Shown here piece by piece: positions 1-10,600 of a stretch of DNA of 64,000 bases; the first letter of the stretch is position 1; every line of letters begins with the position of its first letter. The notes under the pieces were generated by a model. That model saw nothing but the letters and a program-made list of their open reading frames with translations. It made no database searches and was not told where the DNA came from. The stretch is from positions 248,001-312,000 of the forward strand of contig NW_026782092.1 in the NCBI RefSeq assembly GCF_031769215.1, written 5' to 3'. Both the position numbers and the translations under genes were made by a program. The DNA comes from Ylistrum balloti. Taxonomy: Eukaryota.

Positions 1-386
1 CTAAAAATGAGTTCAAGGCATACAAAATATTTAAGGAATAGAAGTTTGAGGATCCACCATTAAATAAAAAGGACAAAGTCAGGACAGAATGCCTTACCAA
101 ATAGAGAGTATTCATGTAATGTGGGTTCAAGGAATATGGGTTTTTATTGCATAAGCTTATAAGCCTGGGACACTCAACCATTTTAATGTTGGGGAAAAAT
201 TCATCCAACATTTCTTTGGAACACACAACCCATTAAAATATTGAGGTAAAATTAAACTGCTAACATTTCTTGTGAACACTTGACCCATTAAATGTGTCTG
301 GCACACTCAACTTATTAAAATTTTTGGGTAAAATTAAACAATGAAATTGGTTGAGCATACCATCAAGTCTAACAGGGTACACTCAC

Positions 387-575
387 CTGATACTTGTTAT
401 ACAGTCTATCCTGTATGTGTGAGATTGCTGTCAGGGCACCAGGAATCTCGTGAGAAATATGGATCCCAAGGGTGATTCCAGACACCAAGGTGATGACTAG
501 CCGGTCAACTGACACCTTGTCATTGCTTACACGGACCTCCTTACCACCAATCAGCCTCCGCATCGGGGTCATGAC
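387..575 (-). CDS. TMEM132: TMEM132-family protein, exon equivalent to vertebrate exon 8 (189 nt, phase 0/0)
   Basis: Acceptor gtgtttttcgttgataag|GTC and donor CAG|gtgagt. Encodes VMTPMRRLIGGKEVRVSNDKVSVDRLVITLVSGITL...QDRLYNKYQ, resembling ILSPLSDSILAEK.ITV.DDKVSI..L.VQLV.GL.L...L..PKQ. Confidence 0.94.
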
Positions 576-751
576 CTTATCAACGAAAAACACAGAAAAT
601 CAATGTGTGACCTTTGGTGATGATACAACAAATAAAGTATATCATATAATATGTGAAAAAACCTTAACTGATTTATTTAAATATCATTGAATACCCTCTA
701 ACCAAGAAGTCTACACAGATCTGAGGTCAATACCATATCAGTGGCCGTATA

Positions 752-1084
752 TAATGACCCTGACCTTTGTATACATGCCTATCTGCAACTTAGCCCTGCC
801 CAAAGTGTGATCCTGTATAATGACCTTGATCTTTGTATATATAGCTTTAGCTCAATCCTGCCCACACTGTGACCCTTAATAATGACCTTGACCTTGTATA
901 CATACCTGTATCTCTATACATACCTGTATTTCAGACCTGCTCACAATGTGGCCTTGTGTAATGACCCCTGACCTTTGTATATATACTGTTACCTTAGTCC
1001 TGCTTACACTCTGACCTTACATAATGACCTTAACTTTTGTATACATACCTGTACCTCAGTCCTTCCCACACTTTGTCCCTGTAT
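752..1084. repeat. Degenerate 62-79 bp tandem repeat, five units, the last overlapping the end of exon 1049-1349 and its donor site
   Basis: Units begin taatgacc at 752, 818, 880, 959 and 1022. Each has a tgtata(c/t)ata core followed by a degenerate copy of the exon's last ~35 nt. Confidence 0.85.
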
Positions 1085-1349
1085 AACACCATTATTGAGA
1101 CTGACCACACGAGGGTCAGTTACACGGAGTTTGTCCATGACCATATCAGTGACCCTGAGCCAAGCCTTTTTACTTTTGAAGAAATTTGGGCCACCAGGTG
1201 TGGATATATAAAACTGGGCATACACCTCCACTATGGCTTGTTGGTGACGGAGCTGACAACTTCCTCCCCCACCACCACCTCCACCACGAGAATATTTCCG
1301 ATATTTTTTCAACATTGGAAACTGATCAACAAGTCTTTTATTCCGGGTT
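1049..1349 (-). CDS. TMEM132: TMEM132-family protein, exon equivalent to vertebrate exon 7 (301 nt, phase 2 in, phase 0 out)
   Basis: Acceptor ggtttttgttgtttcag|A and donor CAG|gtatgt. Encodes TRNKRLVDQFPMLKKYRKYSRG8SCQLRHQQAIVEVYAQF...LRVTDMV...RVTDPRVVSLNNGVIQGQSVGRTEVQ, matching C.LQYQ.A.V.VLTQF...DVT..V.....V.DPR.A.L..G....G...G.T.IQ. Confidence 0.93.
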
Positions 1350-2141
1350 CTGAAACAACAAAAACCAGATTTATTTTTTTATTTTTCTGGAAGATAGAAG
1401 AGGAATTAGAAAAGATACTGGGCCTTAGTACTGCAGTAAGATAAATTCTATTTCTTAATTATCAAGAGGATACAACAGGCCTACTGTAATCAAAGTGGGG
1501 ATGTGACATGTACACACAACAAGTTATCTTACAAAAACAAGTACACATGAAAGTCCTATTGATATTTTCATACATATCAAATGCTAGTTATAACACTTAA
1601 TCAATGTTTTAAAGTATTTCATTGAAACCACTTAATGTCAAGTTGGTAAATATCACTTTCCAGCTAAAATCAAGTTTACTTGAAATAGCTATTTTTCCCT
1701 ATATATTCTAAGTCATTGAACATCTGATAATATTACTCATTTTCCTGTGGGCAATGCTTTATATCACTTGATTTTGGCAACTATCATGAAAAACACAGAT
1801 AAACCAGAGGTAAATGAGGACAGGAATTGCTCAAGGTCAATGCCGTCACACCAAGGCACATTACGTAAATATCATCTCTGCCTCAGTCTGGTGCAGTTGT
1901 TTACCAACTGGCTTGTGCAATCAAAATGTTAAAATTGGTTTAAAACCCTTTACCCCTTGAAACTTGTCACATTGTTAGGCCTACATTGTATAAGCCAGTA
2001 GTAACCATGCCAATAAGTTCTCTTATATACTACTAAAAATTTCTGAAAATAAGTCTTTATTATGATGCATATTGGGATCAATTTCAAAACAACAAAGAAT
2101 GTTTTTCAAAAGATTTTGAATGCTCTCATCCTAAGATTTAT

Positions 2142-2530
2142 CAGTGCTCCAGATAGCCTGCGTGAATGCATTTTCACGCACAATATTTCTAATTTCACGC
2201 TAGGAAAAAAATAAGATTTGCGTCAGTAACCCGTGCGAAATCCGGACTCTGCGTCAATGTCCGGCTCCAATATTACGTAGTTAGAAAACTCAATAATCTA
2301 AGTCAAACAGACACTTATCAAGTAAACGAAACTCGTAACAAGCGCTTTCTTGATCGTGATTATAAACCAGTCGCATAGCAAATATGGCGCTGTCAAAAAT
2401 GTTTACAAATTCAGTGTTACCCTAATATGGAAAAACCCATACACTTGATGAAGGCAGGGGTGAAAAAACCCCTCAATTTATAAAGGTAGGAGTGAAAACC
2501 CCACATGTCAAAAAGTTATCTGGAGCACTG
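2142..2530. mobile_element. 389-bp non-autonomous DNA transposon (MITE) with 14-bp TIRs and a 6-bp TSD
   Basis: Left end CAGTGCTCCAGATA and right end TATCTGGAGCACTG are exact inverted repeats. ATTTAT flanks both sides (2136-2141 and 2531-2536). The interior is CpG-rich relative to the flanks. Confidence 0.9.
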
Positions 2531-2822
2531 ATTTATGTGAACACACTTCTAATGAAAAGATTTGAACTTTAAGCTTCAAGAAAAGTATTGATTAACTGAA
2601 TATAGAAAATCATCATACGTGTCCCGAAAAATTACAGGGCCACTTACGTCTTTGGTGATATCATTATCATCTTTCTCACATGTTCATTCTCAAGGTACCT
2701 AACATATCATATGGAATGAAGAATGAAACAATCTGTCTGGTCACAATATCATTTATTGCATTATCATAAGCACTGGTAAGGTGATCGTAAAAATGGTCTC
2801 AAACTGTGTTTTCTCTACGCCC

Positions 2823-2978
2823 TGTTTCAAAACATCTTATATTTATCTCTCTTGTTGGCCCAGATGGAAGCGTACAGAGGTCTCATGTGGAAGGAAAGTG
2901 GAGTACCCAGGGAAATCCTACGTGGTTGGGCAGGTGACCCCATCCCTTTTTACGTCCATTCCGGGAATTGAACCACTG
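2823..2978 (-). mobile_element. 5'-truncated copy of the tRNA-derived SINE at 54391-54628
   Basis: Shares ctcttgttggccc.gatg, gagtacccagggaaa and gggcaggtgaccc...ttt.acgtccattcc.gga.t.gaacc with the full copy. B-box-like GGTTCAATTCC remains on the minus strand and the A box is lost. Confidence 0.85.
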
Positions 2979-3456
2979 ATATATCAGCATATGAAACATA
3001 GTGTTTCAAATGACTTGGTCAGATTTTTTGTAAGCAATGGTTCAAAGAAGCTGCAGAGATCCTATTACTTTATATGCAAAATGTGTAATGATGCCCTGTT
3101 ATGGAGCCTGCACAGTAATGGATGGATGAATTATGAAGCTACTGACATATAATGTCACATATGAATTTGATCATGAGTAAACTAAATATGAAATGATAAT
3201 TCAAGATAAATTATGATAGCAGGTTATATACTTTCTGTTCTTTTGGGAAAACAAAAAAGCATATTAATTATTGTTGTCTTTAATTAATTTCTGTAAGTAC
3301 CAACTCAGCTTGGCAATTAAACAAGTTCACTTCCGGATTTAGACGCCTGGAAAAGTAATGTCAACTGCTTATGTCACATTACAGTTAATATAATTAATTT
3401 TTACTGACAAATGGAACATAATGTCAAGGGTTTTCCACTGTGCTTTAGATTCTTAC

Positions 3457-3680
3457 CTCCCTCTTCGGTTGCCACGGCCTTGGTGTCGCTGTGACACTTT
3501 CCAGCCTCGAACCTGACTAAGCTTTTCGTCCGATAACTGTACGTCAAGGTGTTCTGCAGGTATCCATACTCTGACATTAACAAATGCTGTATTGCGTCCA
3601 GACTTAGCAATAATGGTAACATTGTGTGACCCTCGTCTTTCTGTTCCATCCACATACACTGACGAACAGTTGGATGTCAC
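3457..3680 (-). CDS. TMEM132: TMEM132-family protein, exon equivalent to vertebrate exon 6 (224 nt, phase 0 in, phase 2 out)
   Basis: Acceptor ctcttgtcattgtag|GTG and donor AG|gtaaga. Encodes VTSNCSSVYVDGTERRGSHNVTI...VRVWIPAEHLDVQLSDEKLSQVRGWKV, matching the hallmark VS..CD.VFV.GKE.RG...VW.P..PL.IELSD..L.QI.GW.V. Confidence 0.96.
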
Positions 3681-4044
3681 CTACAATGACAAGAGGAGAT
3701 AATTCAATATTATTTTCTGACTCCAGAGAGCAATTCCTATTGATCGTTTCTGTATCTTAATCTTGTAGACAAATTAACTCTGAAAAATTATGAAGATTTG
3801 ATAATTCATTAATAGAAACATCAACTCTACACCTACGACCAATGAAAGCAGGTGTTTGTTGTATATTACGATACTTATACCCTGATCATCACTAGATCTT
3901 CAACAGAACAAAGTCTTAATTTGACAAAATATAGTTTATTGTTAGGTGGCATTACATAGTAAACACCACAGTATCAATATTCTGGTGATGTTAATTTTAT
4001 TGGACTATGATGAACAACAGTTTTATGTCATTAAAGCCAACTAC

Positions 4045-4315
4045 CAAGTCAAAGGTCAAACAAGAATTTCATTGCACGCTTGTCCATCCTCTATATGGAA
4101 ATAACTTATATGTCAAAGGTCACACTATGACCTTAAATAGGGTCACAGCTTGTAAGTCAAAGGTCAAACAAAGTATGAGCCATATCCAATATAGGAAGAT
4201 GTACCAGTTAAGTCAAAGCTTAAATTTCAAAGGTCAAGCACATCCTATAATAGTGTTCCCTCTGTAACAAGGATCAGATATAACACTCACTGCCACCTGC
4301 TCGGCAGAGTGTAAA
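4045..4315. mobile_element. Degenerate Helentron-associated (HINE-like) repeat fragment
   Basis: Four tcaaaggtca motifs (reverse complement of tgacctttga) and a terminal hairpin ctgcc-acctgctc-ggcag at about 4291-4308. Confidence 0.45.
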
Positions 4316-7300
4316 TTTTAAGATGTATAGTCCTCACAATCACTTCCTCCAACTCTCCCAAAAAATGTTATTCCCTATGGCTTGCTGCAGGTTGGAAAGT
4401 GGCCAAAACAGTTTAGAAGGTTAGACACCTCCGATGCACTTCTCATTTGTATGGTAATAACAGAGTTCCGAGATAAACACATCCTTTACACTATATGTAA
4501 AACAGGTAGCACTTCCTGTAAACAGTATCACAGAACTTTTTTTTCGAAAATAGATATATTTTAACTCTTTCAGACCAGACTAACATGCTTATTATTTCAA
4601 GCCTTGAACAAAGATTATATACACGATCACAAAGAAGCAAAAAAAAAAAAAAAAATCTTTTTTTAAAGCAATTAAAAGCTTTAGAATATCTTGCAGGTGA
4701 TTAAGATTTCACAACTACAAACAAATCTATATGTAATATTGTGTTTTGTAAATTTTGGAAGGTAAAATCATATTACATTTGGTAAACTTTACCGTGATAA
4801 ATAACCACTTCCCTTCATTTACGAGGAGGATAACTGTTTAATTATGATTAGATTTAACACACAATATCCATTACAGGAAGTGCACTATTTAATGTAGTGT
4901 TTAAAAGTTGATTTATGAAGCAGCTGGTCAATCAAGTCTGGGACATTAAATCTCTAATGACAAGTGCATACTCATGTACAGTATAATGAGTTAGTTTGTA
5001 ATGTTGGCTAAACCTATCAGGCCAAGTAACAGAATTGTCTGGTTCCTGTCAAATTGATTTCAAACTTTCAGAGATCTTGGTTACATCATACATGAAGTAT
5101 TTCGCCATTTTACTTTGGATTTTCAGATGAAGTACTAACAAGAAAAATATTTTAGGAATAATTCATGTGAAAGTTACTTTCTGATTAAAATCAATATCAA
5201 TGTTTTTAAAAAGAAAGAAATCAGTAAATATAAAAGCTGAATGAAAACAATTTGGATATAGATAGATACTGATCCTATAAAAAATGATAAACAGGCAAAT
5301 TATTAAGAAATATTTTTTCTACTACAGTAAGTTATGTAACTCCTAAGGTATAAATTAATCGTTCCAACTGTTGTATACATATTGTACCACATATGGTATA
5401 ACAATTTAGCATGTTTTGATTGGCTGACAGAATGAACTCATGTGCTTGTGGAAATTCAAATGCGAAACAAGTAGATCACAATTATCCTAGCAATATTATG
5501 CTTTTTGTTAAGATTTCTATCCTTGATTTGCTTTGAAGATAACAACTAAACCAATTTACTGCCAGGTATAATTTTAATGAGTGACAATATTTAGGTATTT
5601 AGGAAATTGTCAGTTTTACACTTAATTAGCACCAAGGAATGATGTAAACAAAACACATGTGGGTACAAACAGGTCAATTCAACTTCGGAATGACTCTGTT
5701 ATTTGGATAGAACTGGTCACACAAACTTGTGGTTACATATGTCATTATTTTTTTATCTATCTCAATACTTATTTTCCAAAAGTTATGAAGACACACGCTA
5801 AAGCCCGTGTGTTTTTGTAACATTTTAATACTAACTAAGATCTCCCATATACCACAACCATTCCTTGTGTTGAGAAGATGTGTGAGAGACAGTGATTGAA
5901 AACTGTATTTGTGAGCTTTTGAAAGTATTTGTTTACTTCATAAGACATGTTGATAACAGTATTAAATCACCACTTTGAGTTAGACATTTATCTTCTCAAA
6001 AGATATCTATACCATACAAATGGTTCTCATCCCGGAAATTTTTTTCTTCAAACTCCGGAATGTAAATTCCTGCAAAGACCTACAGTACACAAAAAGCTGA
6101 AAACACAAGGTACTGCCATAATGTAAAGGGAAACAGAAATTCATTCGGTTTAGTCCTATACATAACATTCACATAAAATTGAAACTTTTATCAACCACCA
6201 TACATCAACTACACTGACCAAAAAGGTCAAACTAACTTCCCGCATCAAGAAAGGGTTATTATACACTCTTCAGAGGAGGTGAATGTTTTCAATCCTCATA
6301 GGGAAGGGGTCAGGCTTTGGTGCATAATTCATGGGCACTTTCAACATCAACATTTTAAAATGAATATTAAAACTAATTGCTTCTGAAGGTTTCTGCTTGT
6401 AAAATTTCTGCTCAAATATCTCAGGACAACATTAAACAGCACATGTGGGGGCCACTTTAAAGAGTCAAGTGACCTTCAAACTGTGATAAAGAGTGAAAAG
6501 AGTTTATGAAAAAATTCCTAACTGACTTCATTTTATATGAAACAACTTAATTATAATACTGACCAATATCAATGGCAAGAATTTCCAGATGTCACCAAAA
6601 GATGTCTTACACTAAGCATATCTGTATTTAATAGTTAATTTCAAAATAAAAGTTATCTTGACTCCCAAAAAATTGTGAAAAAAATGCTTTTCTTCAATTT
6701 CATTTTTGTGAAATTTTACAATTCAGTTACTTTGTGAATGTTCCATTTATGAAGCCTGTATGACCTTGACAATGTAAGCTTATTTTTGCTGTATTGTTTT
6801 GAGGATGGATCGATACCAAATTAACGGAGACGATAACATACATGCAATGGAGCTCTTTTCTTGCAGGAGGCACAAGACTAGTTTACACTGACAACTTCGA
6901 TCAATACCACACCAACACACATATAGATAGAGAGTTCCGTCACCCACCTCTCCTACAAACACACACTCCATAAAGCAGCTTACAGTGATGGAAAAAACAG
7001 ATATATACACTGATGGTTATCAACCAAGTATGCTAATGAACCATATGTACATTACACTCAAGGTGATCCATCCACCAAGGTTATCAACAGTAAAGCCATT
7101 ATTAACACAAGTCTTCTGATAAACATCACACATTTCCATTAATTCCAATGTCCAAATATACTGTCTCTCCAAAAAACACAGGTTTAAAAACACACTTGCA
7201 TTTTTGAATGAAATTGATTCTAACAACAACACTAGTAACCTTATGTCCTTGAGAAATGGACTTTCTCAGGTTTGATAAATCATGCATAACTATTTTGATT

Positions 7301-7349
7301 GCCATCATCAAAGACACTGTCCAGTTATCAAATTAAAGAGATGTCAACA

Positions 7350-7655
7350 TAAAATTGTTACCACAAAAGTTGTCAGGACTTTCTCTAAACTGTCACAATT
7401 GAAACAGAGGGATCATCATATCAACTGTCACCATGGTAACAGAAGGATCATCATATCAATGGCCACCATAGAGACAAAATCACTACAGCATTAGGATCAT
7501 AATGTCAACTGTCACCATGGAAACACAACTCAACAAATCAAATGTCACCATGGAAAAAGAGGGATAATCATGTCAAATGTTACCATGGAAACAAGCCATC
7601 ACATCAACTGTTACCATGGGAAAGATTTGGATCATCAAGTGAACTGTCACCAAAT
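7350..7655. repeat. Degenerate ~33-45 bp tandem repeat carrying GT(C/T)ACCATGG(T/A)AAC motifs
   Basis: Recurring gatcat.at.tcaactgt(c/t)accatgg. Cores start at 7427, 7511, 7544, 7579 and 7610, with weaker copies near 7358, 7392, 7461 and 7645. Confidence 0.8.
7427..7623. promoter_or_regulatory. Candidate homotypic cluster of RFX X-box motifs
   Basis: GTCACCATGGTAAC (7427-7440), GTCACCATGGAAAC (7511-7524) and GTTACCATGGAAAC (7579-7592) fit the X-box consensus RTHNYYWTRRNRAC. Two near matches start at 7544 and 7610. Function is untested. Confidence 0.4.
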
Positions 7656-10600
7656 ATGACACTGTAGAGCCATAAACAAACCTGACACTGATTAAAGTAA
7701 AAACTCCACCAAGTATTTTCTTCCCCTGGAACAAATGAAACCATCTGAATTAAAGGCGCTGACATACCTTTTTTTTCTCTGTTTTTAGGTCCAGATCAGT
7801 TTTGATTAAAAAAAATACCCAATAAGTCTAATCTAACCCGATTCAATATGATTCTTTCAAGGGAAGAAGAGTATCTAGGAGACTTAGTTATCACACTACC
7901 CACAGCACGAACATCCTTGACTTGCTGGAGCCATTGATTTTTAGCATGTCTTGTCAGTGAAATGAAGTACATATTCACCTTCAGAAAGGACACATCACAA
8001 AATCCTCACAACATTAATTTGATGAAATGAAACAAATATTTCTCACTTTATTATGCGATTGAACGACAAATGAGTTTCAATTTTCCCATTAAAACATAAA
8101 TCAAACATTTACACCATCAGAATTTACCATAAAGTTGCTATTTGTTATTTGCTTTTTGTTTTGTTTTCCTTTGTGTGGACATCATTTAATTCACCATTTT
8201 TGGTTCATCTGTAAGCTAGAAATGATTTCTGTAAAATTTCACTGAAATTGGTTTGGGGATTGATGAAGATGAAAATGTTAAAAAATTTACAGATCCAGAC
8301 AAAAGACAATCACAATAGGTCACTATAAGACTAAAAATCACACAGATATGCAATTATGCTGTTGAGAAGAAAGTTTGCAATTCAATTATTTTTCACTTGC
8401 AAAAAATCATCATGACCAGCATGATAATGTCACGTTTCTATTACAGAACCTCTAATCACGACAGGTGTTCATACATTCTGCTGTTTTTACAGCAGATTAT
8501 TTGACAAGAAACAGCCCTTGACTAAATTCTATATCATTAGGCAATGTGTGTAATAACAGTATACTGGACATTCCATAACAGGAAGTATCTCAGCAGACTG
8601 CAGAATTCTACCCATCAGCCCATTATGTGTAATAACTTCAGTACAATCAACACTTTCCCAAGATTGGCTCTTCAAGTCTCCATAGCAACTAGTAATGATA
8701 TCACAGATATGATTTAGCATCACTGTAAAAATCCACCATCTCAAAGTACCAATCTACCAAGAAGATATTTTTAATCAGTATTATTCATTTTCTAAGTAGA
8801 TACTAAGAATTACATGTATACTTGAAGGATGGACACCAGAATATTGATGTCTAATTCTCCATCTCTAGATTTGGTATATTCTGTAGAATTGTTGACAGCC
8901 CTGGATTCTCTGTAGTATTCCGGCACTAACAGCACACTCTAAACCTATATATTTTTGCACTTTTGATGCTGAAAACAATGCACTGTAACTGTTCTAAATG
9001 TAGTTTATGTATTTATTTCTATATTTTGTCGATTGCACTAATTTGCCAAAGACGATATCATGCTTAAGTTGATAGCTCCAAGTCACACTTTTTCAGCTGT
9101 ATAATCCTTTTGTATTTTTGTTTATAAGCTATCATCAACTACATCCATTTCTAAAAGTTGCCCTAGATTTCCCTTGTTTTAGCATTTATCGTTGCATGTG
9201 AGATGGTACATGCAATTTGTGTACACAGTAGCTAGTGTTATCATCATCATGAGTGACTCTTTTAGGCTTTACCATGGTAATATAGAAATGTACCCATCAT
9301 CCTGTCATAGATATATACATAATGAATTTATATGATTATATAAGTACTAAAACCAGCTACCATTGAAATAATGCAATTTCTAATATGTTTTTCAGGCATT
9401 AGATGAATACAAACCAAAGAAAGAGATGGCCAAGATTTCCTTATATTATTTAATTAAAAAATCCTTTTGTTAATCTTGAACAATTTTCATTTCACAATTA
9501 CAAGATGTGATCTACATTCCCCTCGCTTCAAAACACAATCATTCGGATAGCCTTCATTCTTATCATTCTGAAGAACAGTTTTTTTAGTGAACTATTAAAA
9601 TTACATTAACCTCTCTGGAATGTTTAAAAAAAGGCTGAAAAAATTAAATTAAACAGAAAAGTAGAGAAAATGAAAGCAAGTGCTAAACAAGTTTTAGAGG
9701 AATGAAAAATATCTGTTTGTTAGGAAAGAATGCAGATATAAAAAAAAAAGAAAGAAAGAAGATTTTAGGCAGGGTAATTGGGGTATTAATACCCCTCAGC
9801 ATCAATAATATTACCTTCTACTCACTATATTTGTCCTGAAATAAGCCAAATACATTACCTCAGGCTTAAAGTCATTGACACAATGACAGTGGGGCTCAAA
9901 ATATAGAAGGACAATGAAACAGTTTTTGTTGGAAAAGCTATTAAAAGCAATATATGGGTGGGCTTATTACCAGGCATGGGTTTATTGGAAGATAAATAAG
10001 TTATGATTATAATGAACAGTCCAGCCAAGTTGCTGTAACAACCCAGTCAAAGAAGTATGTTTCTGTTTTATATGCCATCCACAGAAGCTCACATACTTTT
10101 TTAGGTCAACATTCTATTTATTTGTTTTGACAAATGGGAGTAAACACCATCATAAAATTACAGCTGGCATACTGGAATATATCTTTTTGTCTTTCATTTA
10201 TGTCACCCACTCTTTGTCAATGCCTGCCTAGTTCTGTATTAGGTACACACTCCATGACAGTAATATTGCTAAACACAAAGACCAAAGTGAAACAGACAAG
10301 AAAATTCAAGAGAGCTAGTGATTGCATTTGAAACTGGTAGCCATCTGGAGTATCGGATTGATTTTAAAATGTGGCATGTAAAATTGAAACCCTTACTGGA
10401 CACATTCACGAACATCCTTTGAGCAGTTTTAGAGGAATGGCAGTTAAATCTCATTTTGGTCACAATACAAAATTAATTATTGCATGACGGTGGACAAGGG
10501 GTGGGGGGCACAACATCTAGAATCATCATGTCAAAATCAAAATGTTGCTTACAGATCTAACACACCTTAGCAGGTTACAGTGATTTCATGTAATATCTAT

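Noticed and set aside
1315-1330. Alternative acceptor gttgatCAG at 1324-1322, or an ATG start at 1315
   Set aside because: It is 28 nt downstream of the supported acceptor and out of frame with the phase-2 donor at 3457. Its pyrimidine tract is poor, and the ATG is an internal Met.
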